Positions 13,094 to 25,446 of a DNA stretch of 64,000 nt are shown here, one piece after another; position 1 is the stretch's first letter; each line of letters begins with the position of its first letter. The DNA comes from Tubulanus polymorphus. Its lineage: Eukaryota > Animalia > Nemertea. The notes beneath the pieces are model-generated. The model made no database searches. It had not been told where the DNA came from and saw only the letters and a list, made by a program, of their open reading frames with translations. Position numbers and translations under genes: made by a program. The stretch spans positions 3,867,950 through 3,931,949 of the forward strand of contig NC_134026.1 in assembly GCF_964204645.1 (NCBI RefSeq), given 5' to 3'.

Positions 13094-15391
13094 ATGACGT
13101 CAGAAAAGAAACTAAGATTGATATCGTATCTATCACCGCACAGTATGCCTATCGAATATTTTCAATGTATTCAAGAATATCTAGAAGAGAAACTAGCCAT
13201 GGAATCTTACTTAATTTACGAATCAAGATGGGAAGGACCTCCGATGAATCGACTTGACCCATTTACACTGGATGAAGCTGATATAGGTGAGACATGCGAT
13301 ACTGTTGAGAGTATTAGTGTTGTGTATTAGGTAGATGATGTATCCTGTAATGGAATATATTCAAATTATTTGGAATATTTCAAAAAATTTTTAAATAAAA
13401 AAGAATTTAAGCGATTCAACAAGAAGGGTGTTAGTGTAAGGAGAGGGTTTGGTGACTTCTGCATTAAAATGACTAAGCAATGTCCTACATGATATTCCCT
13501 ACTTTGTAAAATTCAATTTGAGGCTCCCCTATATCTTTTGAAAAGGGCTGATTTTATACCTCAGTGTGATATCTTCTTTCTTTCTAGGATTCATAAGTAG
13601 TACTTCATTTTTGAGATTATTCGATTCCGGAAACAAATATCTGGAACTGATTCCCGTTGCGCCGATTCACGAACATCCGATGACTCAAGGTCGTCCTGTA
13701 TATTTCACAGATGTTATCATCCACGCATCAAACAGGTGACTAATTCTCTAAATTACAGAAATTAGTTTGTACAAAAGGTTGAATTAACTACAATTTCAAG
13801 TACATCCTGACATTGATTTATTACAATCGAGGTCCCTACAGCTTGGTCATTCCTGGATAGAAAATTTCGAGTTTCAACTAAGCGTCTGTATCACTTTCAT
13901 ATCCCAATTACTGTAGACTCCTAAATCGGTACTATTGATCTCAGTGAAACCATTCTTCATTCTGTGGTTTTGTAAGAAAATCTTTATCCTTCACGCTACT
14001 AAACTCGGTTCGTAATTTGGTAACTGCCTGATTGGGTAAATCCTTAAACAAATCCTCTTCCCAACTAGTTTTAAAGGAGTTTGAGGCATATTGCTCAAAT
14101 TAAGGGAGTTTCAAGCACGTTTAAAAGTATTTTCGCTTTAGGAGTTTGAGGAATCAAGCGCTCATAGGGGCCTGACAGTAGACTCGGTATACTCTGGAGT
14201 TGATTGCGTCAGATCCCTGCTCTAATTTCCTTGGAATTCGCCTACCTCAGAGAAATTATGGGTTCAGCGAGATGTGAGGCAAGTTGAGTCTACTGTATCA
14301 CCGAGTTCAATGAATTTGTATTTTCTTCTAGCTCAAGAATAGATGATTTTGACAGTCTGAAAGGCCACAAATGGGCGTACAGTAACGATGAATCAGTCAG
14401 TGCTCATGATACTACGCTTGAATTTCTCAAGAAATTAGGAACAAATGCCACATATTTCGGCAATGTATTGAAATCTGGTGAGCATCAGATTTTTAAATGT
14501 CTAATCCATTCCGAGAGTGCAGGGAAATGGGTGATTATTTCATTTATCCATCATTTTTAGGCTCTCACTTGAAATCAATCAGAATGGTGTTGGATGGATC
14601 TGCGGACGCGGCGCCGATCTCGTCAACTTATCTGTGTCATTATCGAAAAACGCGCCCGGAAATCAAAGATAAGATTAAAACTCTCACGAGTTGGGGACCA
14701 TTACCGAATCACCCGATGGTATTCAACAGCAGACTGCCGTGTAAGTTGAAACGAAATATCAGTGATAAGATAATCTGAAATACATGAATACAGTCAACTC
14801 CTCTTGAGCAACTCTTGAGCAAGATCGGACAAACTTGGACAACTGTTCAAAGATATTCGTTGAATTATTTTCTTGGTCCTGTTTGTTTATACAGTTGTTT
14901 CTTCTCAAGTCGGATAACAGTCCGATGTTTGTTGATTAATTTTTGTGACACTATCTATGGAATATATAACACGATGAATCCTTAATGTCAGATTAATTTT
15001 CACTTTACCAAATAATAGTCAAACTTGAGTAGAGTCAACTGTATGATCATGTGCACAGGGTAATTTTCTTTTATCACATGAAAATAATTTTTGAAATAGG
15101 CTTATTCAAGGTTCGTGCTTTTAAGGAAGGAGGCTGGTGCTGTGTCAACGCGCATGTTCTGAAATCTATGTTCTGAAATTTTCATGTGTATTATTACTAT
15201 CCATTTTAGCTGAATACAAAGAAAAAATCTGCGAACTGTTGATGAACATGCCAACCGATCAGAAATGGAGAGATAAACTAGCATTGTTTTCGGTGCAAGG
15301 ATTCGTGGCTTCAGATTTAAGCCTGTATCAACGCGAGGTCAACCTGCGAACAAAAACCAAAAACCTAGGAATGACAGCGGTCTATTATTAG
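13094..15391 (+). CDS. PhnD-like (phosphate/phosphite/phosphonate ABC transporter substrate-binding, PBP2 fold) protein, ~280 aa; exons 13094-13286, 13588-13735, 14332-14477, 14561-14740, 15210-15391
   Basis: Spliced product contains DEADIGFISS, GRPVYFTDVII, FDSLKGHKWAYSNDESVSAH, SGSHLKSIRMVLDGSADAAPISS and SWGPLPNHPMVFNSRLP in the order typical of PhnD. All four introns are GT-AG and in phase. No signal peptide is visible. Confidence 0.8.
14176..14297. mobile_element. Tc1/pogo-type MITE-like element, family B (CAGT..ACTC ... GAGT..ACTG-TA)
   Basis: cagtagactcgg ... ttgagtctactgta inverted termini in an intron; similar termini at 14790-15043, 27741-27917, 37468-37584 and 59576-59763. Confidence 0.5.
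14790..15043. mobile_element. Tc1/pogo-type MITE-like element, family B
   Basis: tacagtcaactc ... gagtcaactgta termini with TA flanks, in intron 4 of the PhnD-like gene. Confidence 0.55.
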
Positions 15392-16727
15392 ATGTAACTG
15401 ACTATAGATGAATTAGATGAATTTTTTCTTCACATTCCGAACAAATTTCCTTTCGCATAATTCTGCCCGGATTACATTTAAAGTGTTCATCATATAAACG
15501 TTTTAGTTCACGCAATGATAATAACATGACATGACAAAGAATTATCAAATGATGCAATAGTCTGGAATGCAACCTACATTAAATTGCAGGAGTTCATTGA
15601 AATAGTTTCGGCGACTGACAGACCAAATCGAATTTGACACGATATGACTTTCTCTAATCTAATGAAAAGCTTCAATACTTCTCAAAATTATATTATATTA
15701 AGGTATTCTAAAATATTTCTTGGAAGCTCAATGTTTATCTTGCGATTACTGTTAGTTAGAAAAACTTATAGTTAGGTTGAATGGTACACGTAGATTATCT
15801 ACATATTTGGGTATTTTATGGAATGTTGTGTCATCGTGAATGTAATGCGTCTTTAGAGTGTGCGACTTCCATTGTTCATTTAGCGTTGAAATGCTTTCTT
15901 GTCCGAGAGAAATGATTGCCTGAGAACAATTATTACCATTATCTTATGTGATATAAGTCTCTATACAATGCATTTTGGTATTCTATTCGTTTGCCATATT
16001 TTCCGATATGATAAAATACACACTTGACGCTAGTCTTACTCTTAATCCTCGAGATTGTATTGCAGATTTAGGTACACGACTTAACACGAGGGCATTCCAA
16101 GACATATTTAGTACCAGTACATTCCTAGCACTCTCATACTGCTTTATTGTGATAGTGCATACATATTGTGAAACTCCCTTTTAATTGCCTGTCTCTTGTA
16201 CTTCGACTTAGGTCAGTGGCTAAAGGTGCATCGTATTAGCTTAGATTTATACCGGTAATAGGCTGAAAATATATTGTTATAGTTACATGGAATAATATAT
16301 CTATTTTTGAATGATTTCAGTGCTTAATAAGTGACTGATTGTTTTACATTAACTGTATTTACATAACTTCAGTGTGTATTTATGTTATAGAATAAAGTTG
16401 CAATTTTCAAATCATAGCGTTTTGTTCCACGTATTTTAGAAATTGGAATGGATTTGTATCACTCATTTCATCTCAAGTTGAGCATCATCTAAATAGAAAT
16501 ACAGTCTCAAAGAAAGAAAAGCAGCAAACAGAATTTCATCAAAGGAAAAATTTAATTTCTTAAGAAGCGAAAAATTTGTAGAAAAATATATCAATGTTCA
16601 CATCGTTTAATATATCACAGATCTTTGATAAACTAAAATCGGAACTTGTTCGAAAAATTGGATCTTCATTTTACTTCAGTACTTTAAACGGTCATAGATT
16701 AGATGTACATGATGGTTTTTTGTACTC

Positions 16728-19700
16728 TCAATATATGTATCTCCATTCATTATGAATATCATCAGCAGGATTGAGGTATATTTTCAATGTTCGTTGATGG
16801 CCCGGTTCAGGAGATGATGGACGAGTATTCTTAGCTTCAGCTCGAATGCTTTTAACGGCCGCTTTAGCTTCGGGGCTGATCAGATGAACATCATGAGACA
16901 GGATATCTTGTAGCGCCGCGCACATTTGACGAACTTGCTCCAGCTTTTGGACAGACTACAAATATGAAGTTATTTTACGGATGTTACTTTAAGTACGATA
17001 TCAGAATCTAACTGTTTGAATGAATAGAAAATAATAAGACGTAGTTACAGCTGGTTCAATCTTGACATAAAGATTTCTAGATCCAATGTGCCATTCAACA
17101 ATTGACTTGAGTTTAGTCTCCACCATTTCTGGGAATGTTTTTGGTGCCATACACGCTTGCGTTTTGAGCACTTGTTCTAATTTAGACCTGTAGCCCTGTA
17201 CCATCTTTCCCAATATAATCAGATCAAGGCAGCCCTAAAAAGATACATCGTGTAGACTGAAGATGATGCTCATTCTTATTTCAGACAAAAGAAAGGTGTC
17301 ATTTCAACAGTGAAAGCTACCAGAAAATGAGGATCCCCTTGCTCGTCCTCTCTGCGACGGAAAAGTTTGGCTCTTTCCTCGAGCCCATATAGAATCAGTT
17401 CCTGGATCGACAGGTTGAGACAGTTTATATATTCTAATTGCGCTGCAACGCTGTGCAGCATTCTCCATGTTTCAGCGATATGTGCCGTGTTCTAGAATTG
17501 GAATGAAGATTTTCGTATTGTTAAGTTGAGGAGCAATACAAAAGTTCTAAAACCTTTTGTTGAAATTTCGTACCTGATTCATAAGTGATTTTGTCAGCAG
17601 CCATCGATGCACGTCTATCCAGCGTTTGTTATCAATTTCACTTCGAATTTTTTTATCAATGATTCGAAAAGCTATGCGCAAGTTCGGACCTGTATACGGA
17701 CTGCAGGAATCAGGTGTGGCACCTTGTTGGAAATGAAACGCTGCCTGAAATTGTATGATGCATAATTCAAGATTCAAACTACCCAGTAAACATTATGATA
17801 ATAGTAGTGATGTCAGAGCAAAATGAAACAATACTTTTTCTTTCTTGAAGAAGATATTCTGATAAAGCCACACAGGGTTATTATCAAAGAACATCTCTTT
17901 CCTAAAAAAAAGAATATAAAGAAATAATCCATCAACTCGAAAAAACTTAAATCGTGCACAGACAATCTTTCTATTTTGGTACGACTTACTGAGTCTCATC
18001 TTGGTTTGTAAAATGGAACAGGTATTTTTTAACAATTGGCACATAGAACCATTCTTTGACAACGAACAGCTGAAAAGATTTTCATTGATGAACATACAGA
18101 TATACAGGCTATTTACAAACCATGAATCATGATGCTTAATTGAGGAAAGAAGATGTAATTACTGAATACCTTCAAATATAATGGCTGTTTGAGGAGGACG
18201 ATTCGTTCGAACTCAGTTTGGAATGCACGTTTTCTATTCTGAAGATCCTCGGCGCACCAACGTGTTTCCTCAACACCCATGTAGAAACCTTGCACGGGGA
18301 AATCGTCATTCTTCAGAACATCATTTATATGGTCGATAACTACAATACGACATGACATGATATTTTAAAATCTGAATATATCAATTAATTGATAATCAGA
18401 TCAGACTTCTTACAAACCAATTTTTGAGTAGATAGCAACTGCATCTGCTGCACATCCATGCGGTCCTTTTATGTAACAATGCTCATGCAGGTCGACTTGT
18501 TTCAGATATGGGTCCATCCTACCGTACAGAGGTGTATGACTGCTCAGTGCAAGCGTCATCGCAATCTGTAAATGATATATTTCATTTTGATATGCTAATG
18601 AAATGCTGACCCAGTAAGGGATGTACATTGGTTTCGAGACTTATATACCTTGTAGCGGCCTTTTCTTTGAACGAAAGTGCGGTTGTCGAATGGCTTGACC
18701 AATTGGTTCAGCATAAAGAATGCTGCGGTATCCAAAATGCACATGGCACTTATATGTCCTAAAATAATTGAAGCAGGATCTTTAGAATTTCACATATGAA
18801 CTTCCAGAGAAATACAAAATACTGCCACATACGTACCATGTCCATCACATCCAGGAACTGCGTAGATGAAATTCTCACCATCTTCTAATTTGGGAGTATT
18901 GTGCTGTACACGTTTCACAACCTGATCATTACTATCAGCATACAAATGCATCCTATTAATCAAAGTTTAAATGCTAAGCCCGTTCCATACCATCGAAACA
19001 AAGTCACAAAGAAAGCGTAGAATATCAAATTTGCGCAAAATACCTTAGTGCAGCCTGTCTTAGAACAGTGACTAGGGCTGGGAAAGGATTTGGTGTCAGA
19101 TAAGTTTGCGATAAGATTTCCACAAGAAACTGGGTCCAAACTTCATCGAGATGAGTGTCAACCATGTACTAATGAGTGAAATACATACGAGCATTAATTA
19201 CAGAATGAGAGAATGACGTGCATCCAGAGCTCTACGAACCTTCATTAGAACCGACTCGTGTAAAACTGATTTCGGGGCCATGTCTCTTTCCATACAATCA
19301 TCAACATCAATAACTGCAATATAATACATAGAGAAGGTCTTAATTCATAACCCACTACTGTCTAGCCGATTAGAGCTCAAAAATGTATGGCCAATAAACG
19401 TGGAGAGACGCTCACCATATCGGTCTTGCAGAATCAAAGGATCGTGCTCAATACCGTGTTTGAATTTGATTTTGGCTCTATCGCGAACTGGTAAGACAAC
19501 GTCTTTCGAAGACGACACTCCTTTGACCGCTGTGCGTGGACGCTGAACATATTCGGGGAATGTTTTCTTCATCAGCTGTATATAGTCCATAACAGCGGGA
19601 ATTTCGGGAACTACATCTTCGATGAGTTGCATGAATACCGCCGAACAGTATAGATTTATAAATCTCAACTCTAACACGGTCTGAAAATAGATCAAACAGT

Positions 19701-22700
19701 CATTAGAGTGAAAGACGAAAGCTCATACGAAGGCTATCCAAATACAAGAATATCTCATAGGCCTAGTAGAGAATATCTTACATCTGGTTCCAAGGGAACA
19801 CTTCCTTGTATGCCCTTCTCATTAGTAATAATACGTTGAAGTCTTTCATCAAGGATTTTTCCGATGATTTTCAAATCTGAACTACGTTCATGGCTGAAAA
19901 ATTTATAACGGTAAACATATATCTAATGAGAGTGAGTTTTAGCTGAGGGTTAGAGTGAAGTTATGACTTACTGGTCTGTGTGTGTCATTTCATACAAGCT
20001 CAATTTATAATCCATGAAAACTTGATAAACCAAGTAATTTTCTTCTTCCTATATAAATAATCATTAAATTCACAGTATCATACTAAAGCTATTTTTGTAC
20101 ACTTTTTAATTAGACAATTGTCTTACCCCTTGAAAGTTCAGTATCATTTCGCGAATTATCTTATTCTGTTCCATACAACGCATGAGTTTGGCAGCGGTTG
20201 AATGGAATAGTCGATAGAGATGAACGAGAATTTGTGGATCAAACTTGTCTCTGAAACGAGATGGTTTACATTATTTACAAATGACACAGAAATGAACCAT
20301 ATCATCAACGTTCAATTCATCCTCTTACCTATCTAGTAGAACCATCAGTAGAATACCATAGGCCGAGTCAAATATTTCAGCAAATTCATGATTCAAAGCA
20401 ATCTTTTTCTGCCAATGCGACCTGCAAGACATGCAAATGTGTACAATATGAAATTCCATGTGCAATATCTAAACATTCTATGAACGGGTTAAAAACATAC
20501 TTAATGGGTGCAGTTATCTGCCATGCGTAAGGCCCGTATCTTCCATCAGTATCTCTATATCGGAATCCATCGATGTCCACTTTCTCGCGATTAAATTTTG
20601 CGAAGCCGAATTTTTCACGAATCTTCGCGCCTATATTTGGACCGCGTTTGACCTGGAAGTTCGGATGAGTCGCGACATGGAAACTCTGACTAGGCTCTGA
20701 AAATGAGTTTACAAGATATGATATATTTCTATTGAATTCTGATAGATCCTTTTTCGATAAATCTAACTTAGTTCTTAACAATTCCTAATTTGATGTTCAA
20801 TTTGATATCAATTTTCGGATATGCTTTTTGTTTTAGAGGTCAGAATGATGGCATTGATAACTTGATAAATTGGAGACCAGTACGAACTAGATAGATATAT
20901 ACTATCTGTTATATACAACCCTGATTTGATTCAGTTTTTTCACACTTTCAAACGAAGTTTAATAGAAATCCAAAGAATTTCCTAATTCCATTTATAGGGC
21001 ATTTACCATCAATATCACCGACCCCTTCAGCTAACTGCTGCCTTGGAAGAAAGGTACCGACATATGCTTGCGCAAATGGCTTCTTCATGAAATATCCATC
21101 GAAAAGCGTTGACATGGGCAATTCAGCGAATGTTGTTAGTCTACAAACAAAACAGATCCACATTGATAAACAATCAAGTCTACACAATAAGGACATCAGT
21201 CTTCTCAAGCAAATTTGACTTACATTTCACGTTTCTGCTCTAAAGTGGATGTCTGAACAAAATTGAACGTGTATTGTTTCTGAAGTCGACTATATTTTTC
21301 AACACTGGGATCTACTTTCAGTATCAACTACAAATAAATCCACAAAATATCTATAAGCTATATTGTAGTCGTTCAAATTTGATTAAAGCACTCGATTTAG
21401 AAACCATACCTCAGCGGAAAAGTGTTTGTTTGATGTAACAGTATCGCTCAAAAACTGCCAAAATGAATTCTGTAATGATACAACACCAATTGAAATACAG
21501 TTACATGATATTTTACCCTGTAGAATGATTTTGTCTTGTTTTTACCTGATTTGTGTGAACCATATCCATTGTCCAGAAATCATATGTGAACACTTCGTCA
21601 TCTTTCTTCCTAAATACAGGTAAACTAACACCTGTAATATGAATACATTCATGAATCTATTTTTTTGTATATACCGGTACAATAATAATGTCCTGCAGTA
21701 TCGATAGTCACCCAGAAGTACGTGGTCAGTCTGCTGTTCCATGAAGTTCAAATCCGCAATAACACTGTTTATAAACAATTCGACTGCCTAAATAACAAAA
21801 GTGACAAAATATTTGCGTACTTTCAGAATTAATAAATACATAAAGTTAACATGAATAAGTCAACTCACAACTGTGGCATTGTCTCCATTGATCAAATATT
21901 CCGTACGAACAGCTATCATCGATGGTTCATCGTAGAATGTTCCATCAAACACTGCCTGTCCAACCAACGCTGTCGTAACTTGATTCTGAAATGAATGAAA
22001 TTCAAATACGTTAGGTTTGATCGATAATCACTTGCATGCCAAACAATAATCTGGTAGAGATGAAAAATCTCACCGAATAACGAGGGACGTCTTGTAATGT
22101 CGATTGTCTTGGTGTCAAGTCTTCAACTAAGGCAGCATATTTCTGGGCTACGAAAGGATTTGTACATCTCACAATTAATGGAAGACTGTAAATGTTATCA
22201 AACTTGTCGGATACTGCCACATACGGCACTCCTGACTGATGGTATGGAAAATCTAAAGCAATAAAAGGATTAAGTATTCTACTGAAGTATTAAGTATTTC
22301 TAATCTAGATAGATGTTCCGGCTTGTGACTTACCAAATAGTTTGAAAATTTCTTCCACTGATTTGTCATCGGTGTGGAACCTAAAAATGTCAAGACTCAA
22401 AGATTAAGACAATTTTTTTTTCAAATGACCCTTTTGGCTTAGGAAATAAATCTCCTGATACAAGCTGTACCGGGTACATACTGTTCTGCTTTTTGTCGAA
22501 TACGCCGCACAAACCCCGGATATGGGTTATAAGGCAGAGTATCGCGGGTCAGTAAAATATGGCACTGTTCTTGAAATACATCCTCAACTGAAGTCTGTTG
22601 CAAGTACTCTTTGAACACGGACAAATCTTCACCAAAATTTGCATGAAAATCTTTTCCATCGATATCCCTTGTATAGTTTGGAACGGTCGCATCAGCAGCA

Positions 22701-23178
22701 GCTCCATTCTAAAAGAAGTGATACCGGTACTTAAGTTTGTATATACCGGTCTGGGCTTTAATACCCAATTGGGCTGTGCCATAGGACTTTTATGTAACCA
22801 TACACCTAAACTCTACCTTGACTGATCTTTGTTGGTTAGAATTTGGTGAAACTCTTTCCTGGCTTCCATTTACTCTTAAGGAACTGGCATCCTGCTAAAA
22901 ATTGGAATAGGCCTATACCATACATGAATTTTATACCGGGAATAATGAAAGTATTTATTCTCAGCCTATTGAGCAAATACCGGTTGATCATTATTAGTAG
23001 CTGGTACATTTTGAGATGGTGGTGGCTGAGGAGTTCCAACTGTTTGGGAAGCTTGATCTTGTGAACGTCTACTTTGAGGTGTCACCGAAACTTTGGAGCG
23101 ACTCTGCTGAGGCTGTTGACTTCCATTTCTCTGCTGATTAGCATTATTGACTCTGTTCTGACTTCCAGTTCCAGACAT
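16728..23178 (-). CDS. Uncharacterised large protein, ~29 exons, internally duplicated; each half begins with an RIIa/Dpy-30-like dimerisation/docking motif
   Basis: An in-phase GT-AG exon chain (most junctions checked by hand) runs from MSGTGSQN (ATG 23178) to ...NEWRYIY*. The paired segments are FKEYLQQTSVEDVFQEQCHILLTRDTLPYNPYPGFVRRIRQKA and YMVDTHLDEVWTQFLVEILSQTYLTPNPFPALVTVLRQAAL. Confidence 0.75.
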
Positions 23179-23876
23179 CACAAGTATCAGCCACTTGAAT
23201 AAGTAGCTGTGATTAACGAGTAGGCTAAAATGAAATGTTTCCTTCAATTCGAACGGTTTGTTTACATGCTTAGACTTTGACAGCTAGATGGTGGTAGCCA
23301 GGAATGTGCATATGGGGAATCGCTATAACGTGGGTATTGGCCTAAGCCAAAATATTAGCATTCACAAATAATTCTGACTTACATTCTGTTCGTTCACTGA
23401 GAAATATAATATTGTTATCCTTATTTCCTTAATCCCTACCAAAATAGAATTAAATCGTATTTTTGGATGTAGAGAGATTTTCAATGTTTGGAGAAAAGGA
23501 GTCCGCATTGTACGTATATCCACTTTTAGGTCAGAGAACAACCGAGATTTCAAGGTCGTTGAGCAAATATTTTCATTCCGCTGCGCTGGTCATTATTTTT
23601 CATTAATCATCAATAACTAATTGTGATATCACTTTTATTGAATTATCATCTTGTAAAATATTGGCCATTTTATTAAAAAAGAAATTTCTACGCAAGAATC
23701 CTATCATCAAAGTTGTTATTTTTCACCAAAAACTAAAGAAGTTGAAAAAAGTACAGAAACTTGAATGAAGCTGAAACTGAACTGATGCGCCTATTTTTGT
23801 GTCAGACGCACTACCTACCAGAGAAACAATACCATGTCATGAAATAGCTTCTCTTTCCTTATTTCAGACTCTCTCA

Positions 23877-25279
23877 ATGGCTAACTCAACGAAAAAGATA
23901 GTTTTTCTGCATCCAGATCTTGGAATTGGCGGGGCTGAGAGAGCTGTCATAGATGCAGCCCTGGCTTTGAAATCCCGTGGACATTCTGTACAATTCATCA
24001 CTGCTCATCATGACCCTGGTCATTGTTTTGAAGAGACCAGAGATGGTACTTTGAAAGTTACATCAGCCGGTGACTGGCTGCCAAGAAGCATTTTTGGAAA
24101 GTGCTATGCACTATGCGCTTATCTAAGAATGATATACGCAGCACTTTACTTAGTTCTTTTCAGCGGACTCGATTTTGACGTTATTTACTGTGACCAGATT
24201 TCTGCTTGTATCCCGGTACTAAAACTATCGACAGCAAAGATATTGTTTTATTGTCATTTCCCCGATATGCTGCTTACCCAGAGAAAAAGCCGTCTGAAGC
24301 AATTATATAGATTCCCTATTGATTGGATGGAAGAGAAAACTACTGGAATGGCTGACCTGGTTCTTGTGAATAGCTTGTTTACAGGTAGAATGCGTTAACA
24401 GTCGAATATACTCATTATATTTCAATACGTCTCTCCACTTCTCCAAATTTTGAATATATTCTCTTTCCAGCTGGAGTATTCAAGGAAACATTTACTAGTT
24501 TGACGCACATTCGACCCGGAGTTTTATACCCGATACCAAATTTCTCTACTCTCGACCAAGCCATACCTGCTCCGACTAGTGATCTGATACCTGAAGATAA
24601 ACGCATCATTTTCCTTTCGATCAACAGATATGAAAGAAAGAAAAATATCGCTCTAGCCGTCCGAGCACTGGGTATGTGTACTTCTAGTCTACAAACCTTC
24701 GTTTCCTTTTCCACCTTCAGAAATCTTGTATTTTATTTCACTTCATTTCTAGCTCAAGTAAAGAGTTTAAATGGAACTTTGGATGGTATTCATCTGGTTA
24801 TAGCCGGGGGCTATGACGAACGGGTTCGAGAAAATAAGGAGTATCACCTCGAACTGGAAAAACTCGCAGCCGAACTAGATTTAAATTCTCATATATCATT
24901 CGTTCGGTCATTCAGCGATATCCAAAAAAGGACGCTTCTGCATCACAGTACTTGCTTGTTATACACGCCTGATAAAGAACATTTCGGAATAGTTCCTATC
25001 GAATCCATGTATATGAAATGTCCGGTAATCGCAGTAAACAGCGGTGGACCTAAAGAAACTGTTGTAGACGAATTAACCGGATACCTTTGCGAATCAAAAC
25101 CAGATAGCTTCGCCGATGCAATGCTTAAAATCATAATTAATCAATCCATAGCTAAAGACATGGGAGATGCAGCCCGGAAACATGTGCTCGATAAATTTTC
25201 ATTCGAGGCTTTTACCGAGCACATTAACGCAATCATCAGTGAACTGGGTGAGCCCTCCTTGAATAAGAAGAAAGACTAG
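23877..25279 (+). CDS. ALG2: Alpha-1,3/1,6-mannosyltransferase ALG2; exons 23877-24384, 24471-24671, 24753-25279
   Basis: [42 protein letters not shown] and [11 protein letters not shown] (GT4 EX7E motif). Confidence 0.96.
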
Positions 25280-25446
25280 TCTTACTTATAAAACATTATT
25301 ATTTACAGATTTATAATAATACATACATCTATTTTACATACAACTCTTCATAATAATATCGTGGTACTGGTTCTCAAAGACAGATGAATAAATTTCTCGC
25401 TTAAAGGTGAACACTGAATACAAGCCGAGGTTCTTGTTGTTGTTTA

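Noticed and set aside
13094-15391. Bacterial contamination or chimeric assembly as the origin of the PhnD-like gene
   Set aside because: It has four in-phase spliceosomal introns containing host MITEs, a downstream AATAAA (~16391) and base composition like its neighbours.
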